The notes under the pieces are model-generated. The model was not told the DNA's origin. It saw only the letters and a list, made by a program, of their open reading frames with translations, and did no database searches. The position numbers were made by a program, and so were the translations under genes. Below are positions 60,694 through 64,000 of a stretch of 64,000 nucleotides of DNA, piece by piece. This stretch comes from Roseobacter sp. (GTDB taxonomy: Bacteria > Pseudomonadota > Alphaproteobacteria > Rhodobacterales > Rhodobacteraceae): positions 472 through 64,471 of the forward strand of contig NZ_JBDVLG010000056.1 in NCBI RefSeq assembly GCF_039970775.1, in the 5' to 3' direction. How positions within the stretch are numbered: position 1 is the first letter of the stretch; each line of letters begins with the position of its first letter.

Positions 60694-61503
60694 CTAAAGC
60701 AGCCCCAGAGTTTTGAACGACGTTTCTTCTTTTTTGCCAATGATCACGTGGTCATGCACCCGCACATCAATCGCCCCGCAGGCCACCACGATATTATCTG
60801 TCATCAAGATATCAGAATCGCTTGGCGAAGGGTCACCAGAGGGGTGGTTGTGCACCAGAATCAGCGCCGAGGCGTTCAATTCCAGCGCGCGTTTGACAAC
60901 TTCGCGAGGGTAGACAGGCACGTGGTTGACCGTGCCGCGCGCTTGTTCCTCATCTGCGATGACTGTATTGCGATTGTCCAGAAATAGGATGCGAAACTGT
61001 TCGGTGTCACGATGCGCCATGGTCGTGCGGCAGTAGACAATCAGATCATCCCAACCCGAAAGCGCGCATCGTTCCAACACCTTAGCCTGCGCCATGCGGT
61101 GGGCAAAGGCCTCTACCAGACGCAGCTGCAGAAAGACCTTTTTAGTCGTGCCCCGCACTTGCAACAGCCGGTGTTCAGAGGCCGCTACCACACCATTCAG
61201 GTCACCGAATGTCTCGAGCAACTTTTTAGCCAGCGGTTTTGTGTCGATCCGGTCGATCGCGTTAAACAGCAACAATTCCAGCAATTCATATTCGGGCATG
61301 GCCGCGTGACCACCCGTCAAAAACCGATCCCGTAAGCGGCCCCGGTGGCCAACATAATGCGGCGATGGGCCACCGCCCCTTGACGCAAATTCGCCCGGTT
61401 TTAGCGCGCGCGTCTCGGCCCAGGCGGGGATGCGCCTGTCCAAGTCATCTAACCCACGCATGGCCTCTTCCGAGAACCCGTTATCATTACTTGCCACGAC
61501 CAT
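60694..61503 (-). CDS. radC: RadC/JAB-domain protein
   Basis: GHRGRLRDRF, EQFRILFLD, GTVNHVPVYPRE, HNHPSGDPSPSDSD and HDHVIIG. Confidence 0.92.
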   Translation of the reverse strand: MVVASNDNGFSEEAMRGLDDLDRRIPAWAETRALKPGEFASRGGGPSPHYVGHRGRLRDRFLTGGHAAMPEYELLELLLFNAIDRIDTKPLAKKLLETFGDLNGVVAASEHRLLQVRGTTKKVFLQLRLVEAFAHRMAQAKVLERCALSGWDDLIVYCRTTMAHRDTEQFRILFLDNRNTVIADEEQARGTVNHVPVYPREVVKRALELNASALILVHNHPSGDPSPSDSDILMTDNIVVACGAIDVRVHDHVIIGKKEETSFKTLGLL

Positions 61504-61706
61504 TGCGCCTTTCCCGATTCCCAATCGTGATGGCAGGGTGGAAGGTCTTGGTTAGTGAAAGGTTAACCTCAGCCGCCTGTATGTTGAATATTCCGCCCAA
61601 ACAGAGGTTTCGCATCATGTGTGTTTCAAATACCGCGCATTGGAGCCTTGCCACACTGCGGTAAATCAAAGATATAATAAGGCACGTCATTTTCAGGAGC
61701 CAACAG

Positions 61707-62018
61707 ATGCGCGCACGCATTTACCAGCCCGCCAAGACAGCGATGCAATCCGGCACAGCCAAGACCCACGGCTGGGTTCTTGAATTTGCGCCGGCGTCTG
61801 CACGCGAGGTTGATCCGTTGATGGGTTGGACCTCGTCCACTGACACGCAAAGTCAGGTGCGCCTGCGGTTCAAAACCAAAGACGCAGCGGTAGATTACGC
61901 CCACGAAAACGACATCGACGCCGACGTGCAAGAGCCCAAAAAACGCCGTGCCAACATCCGGCCCGGCGGTTATGGCGAAAATTTTGCAACCGGACGACGC
62001 GGCGCCTGGACCCACTAA
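61707..62018 (+). CDS. ETC complex I subunit (NDUFS4-like)
   Basis: [23 protein letters not shown] and VRLRF. Confidence 0.92.
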   Translation: MRARIYQPAKTAMQSGTAKTHGWVLEFAPASAREVDPLMGWTSSTDTQSQVRLRFKTKDAAVDYAHENDIDADVQEPKKRRANIRPGGYGENFATGRRGAWTH

Positions 62019-62177
62019 TGCGGCGTTAGACCTAGGCAATTCGCCTGCTCATTTATGGCGTTACGCGCAGCACATTTGTAGTGCGTGCAGCCCCTGCAAA
62101 AACAGATACCCCATCAATTCAAAGGGCGGCCTATTTGGTCGCTCAAACGACGTACAACACGGCTGGAGCCTGCCCTC

Positions 62178-63104
62178 ATGAGCATCACACATCTCGTCAC
62201 ACATTCCGGCGGTTTCCACGCGGATGAACTGCTGTCGTCGGTCATTTTAACGCGTCTGTTTCCCCAGGCCGAACTGCTCCGCAGCCGAGATAAGGCATGG
62301 ATCACACCGCGCGCGGACCGGATCATCTATGACGTCGGCGGCAATTTTGATGCGGCGGCACAGATTTTCGACCACCATCAACGGCCCAATCCGCTGCGCG
62401 AAGATGGCCAACCCTATAGCTCCTTCGGTTTGATTTGGGCACAATATGGTCGTGACTATCTGGCCGCGATGGATGTTCCAGAAAAAGACGCGGATGCTAT
62501 CCACGCGTCCTTTGACAAGGGGTTTGTTCTGCCCGTCGATTTGGTCGACAATGGTGCGGTGAACACGTCAGAGGCCGGGCCGCTGTTTTCCGGCATGACG
62601 TTACCGGTGTTGCTGGAAAGCCTGAAAACCGTGTTTGACGACCGCGAAGACGGTGCAGATGATCGCGCCTTCATGGCCGCACTTCCCGTGGCCCGCGCGT
62701 TTATCGAAGCTCAGATCAAACGCAAAGCCGCCAAATTCCGGGCCGAAGACATGGTCTTGTCGGCCATCCGCGCCGCAGGTGCGGGCCGCGTTCTGGAGCT
62801 GCCAATGGGCATGCCTTTCCGCGCGGCGGTAGAAAAGGCAGGCGCCGAACATTTGTTGTTTGTCGTCCATCCGCGCGGCGCTGACTGGACGCTGACCACG
62901 ATCCGCGTGGGCGATGACACCTTCGAGAACCGCGCGGATTTACCCGCCGCTTGGGCGGGGTTGACCGATGGCGCGCTTGAAACCGCAAGCGGCGTCACGG
63001 GCGCGAAATTCTGTCACAATGGGCGGTTCATCGCAGTGGCGAACGCCCGCGACGCAATCTTGCAAATGGCGGATATCGCGGTAACCGAGGCCACCAAAGA
63101 ATAG
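62178..63104 (+). CDS. MYG1 family protein (DHH-like exonuclease)
   Basis: THSGGFHADE, DVGG, FDHHQ, YSSFGLIW and FCHNGRFIA; GGAG RBS before ATG 62178. Confidence 0.9.
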   Translation: MSITHLVTHSGGFHADELLSSVILTRLFPQAELLRSRDKAWITPRADRIIYDVGGNFDAAAQIFDHHQRPNPLREDGQPYSSFGLIWAQYGRDYLAAMDVPEKDADAIHASFDKGFVLPVDLVDNGAVNTSEAGPLFSGMTLPVLLESLKTVFDDREDGADDRAFMAALPVARAFIEAQIKRKAAKFRAEDMVLSAIRAAGAGRVLELPMGMPFRAAVEKAGAEHLLFVVHPRGADWTLTTIRVGDDTFENRADLPAAWAGLTDGALETASGVTGAKFCHNGRFIAVANARDAILQMADIAVTEATKE

Positions 63105-63277
63105 CGCAAGTATGGTACATTCCTATTCTAAAGCAACGGGTTACGGTGTGCAGGCCTTGTTATATCATCTGCGATGAACGTGTTTTGACCACCTTGGCAC
63201 CTATTCCGAAACGGTGCAAAATGCGCCAGTGTCACCACAGTGATAGCCCCGCAACGTCAATTTTGGATGGGTTTTAA

Positions 63278-63736
63278 ATGGCCTTTATAATCGCGGCGAC
63301 AGACCCAAACACCCCCGATGTCGCCGCCTTGCTGACGCGGCATTTAGAGTTGATGCAAGATCAATCGCCACCTGAAAGCTGCCATGCACTGCCGTTAGAC
63401 GCGTTCTCAGACCCTGACGTTACGGTGTTTACCCTGCGCGAAGCGGACACCCTGCTGGCTGTCGGGGCCCTGCGGATGGATGCAGGCTGGGGCGAGCTCA
63501 AATCGATGCATACCGCGCAATCGGCACGCGGTCGTGGCGCCGCGCGCGCCTTGCTGGACGTGTTGATCAACGTAGCGCGCGATGCCAACCTGACCCGGCT
63601 GTACCTTGAAACCGGATCAGGGCCAGAACACATGGCGGCGCGGCGGTTATATGCGTCGGCTGGGTTCAGCGCGTGCGCACCGTTCGGGGATTATCTGCCT
63701 GACCCGCTCAGCTATTTCATGACACGGGCCATCTGA
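63278..63736 (+). CDS. GNAT N-acetyltransferase (YsnE-like)
   Basis: SPPESCHAL, ELKSMHT..ARGRG, LYLETG and LY...GF. Confidence 0.88.
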   Translation: MAFIIAATDPNTPDVAALLTRHLELMQDQSPPESCHALPLDAFSDPDVTVFTLREADTLLAVGALRMDAGWGELKSMHTAQSARGRGAARALLDVLINVARDANLTRLYLETGSGPEHMAARRLYASAGFSACAPFGDYLPDPLSYFMTRAI

Positions 63737-63777
63737 GACTTGCACACCGCCCGCCACTACGGCAAAAGTCATGCAAG

Positions 63778-63854
63778 GGGCCCTTAGCTCAGCTGGATAG
63801 AGCAGCCGACTTCTAATCGGCAGGTCGAGGGTTCGAATCCTTCAGGGCTCGCCA
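63778..63854 (+). tRNA. tRNA-Arg (anticodon UCU)
   Basis: Acceptor GGGCCCT/AGGGCTC, D arm, anticodon arm GCCGA-CTTCTAA-TCGGC, GTTCGAATC T-loop and encoded CCA. Confidence 0.97.
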
Positions 63855-64000
63855 TCTCCCCTTTTGTGAAGCGTCAGATAGTTTGTCCTTTTTGGACAAG
63901 GTCTTTCCATTTACGACACATAATTTTGCCATTGGTATGACTGCAGTTGTGATGCCATCTAGTGCTTCCCCTTTTTTGAACTGGTTTTGAGCAAAGCGCT

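Noticed and set aside
59617-60987. 456-aa + strand ORF, and similar long antisense ORFs (2812-3513, 5197-6042, 12866-13654, 21380-22192, 44442-45257)
   Set aside because: They lie antisense to clearly identified genes and have no motifs. Such shadow ORFs are expected in GC-rich coding DNA.
63195-63210. Sigma-54 promoter upstream of the GNAT gene
   Set aside because: TGGCAC is present but the -12 TTGC is absent (CCGA).
1-64000. CRISPR array, IS/transposase, prophage, rRNA
   Set aside because: No regularly spaced repeats, transposase or phage motifs, or rRNA-like sequence were seen by eye.

Overview
A 64-kb chromosomal segment, most likely from a marine Rhodobacteraceae/Roseobacter-group alphaproteobacterium. 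This is inferred from the roughly 60% GC impression, a class I LysRS, and hpsNOP and ure genes of roseobacter type. Left to right it holds: (1) a PAS-GGDEF-EAL gene running off the left edge, then scoAB; (2) a tetronate catabolic block (ltnD-otnK-otnC-otnI) preceded by an unexplained four-gene divergon (Gfo/Idh/MocA oxidoreductase, an atypical IPMDH-family enzyme, an ABM/LsrG-like protein and an MBL lactonase); (3) urease ureDABCEFG; (4) a LacI-controlled DHPS/sulfolactate locus (hpsN-hpsO-hpsP, comD-comE, slcD-like); (5) an SGNH lipoprotein and ugpBAEC with a Pho box; (6) a RutR-controlled pyrimidine/ureide operon; (7) a VOC gene, a NarX-like sensor-PAS-GGDEF-EAL gene and a secreted GDPD; (8) cuyA-like plus a TRAP transporter and a LysR regulator; (9) cspA and an unannotated 55-aa ORF with a structured 3' end; (10) a housekeeping block (ettA, nadD, dacB, terB-like, lysS, DUF4864, a beta-helix protein, uvrB, radC, NDUFS4-like, MYG1, GNAT); and (11) tRNA-Arg(UCU), followed by an AT-richer stretch that may be the edge of an island. 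I saw no CRISPR array, IS element or prophage. Family calls come from motifs and recalled homologues, not from database searches. The best candidates for something new are the extended tetronate divergon, the split sulfonate (DHPS/cysteate) system and the small ORF/sRNA locus at 48.0-48.35 kb.
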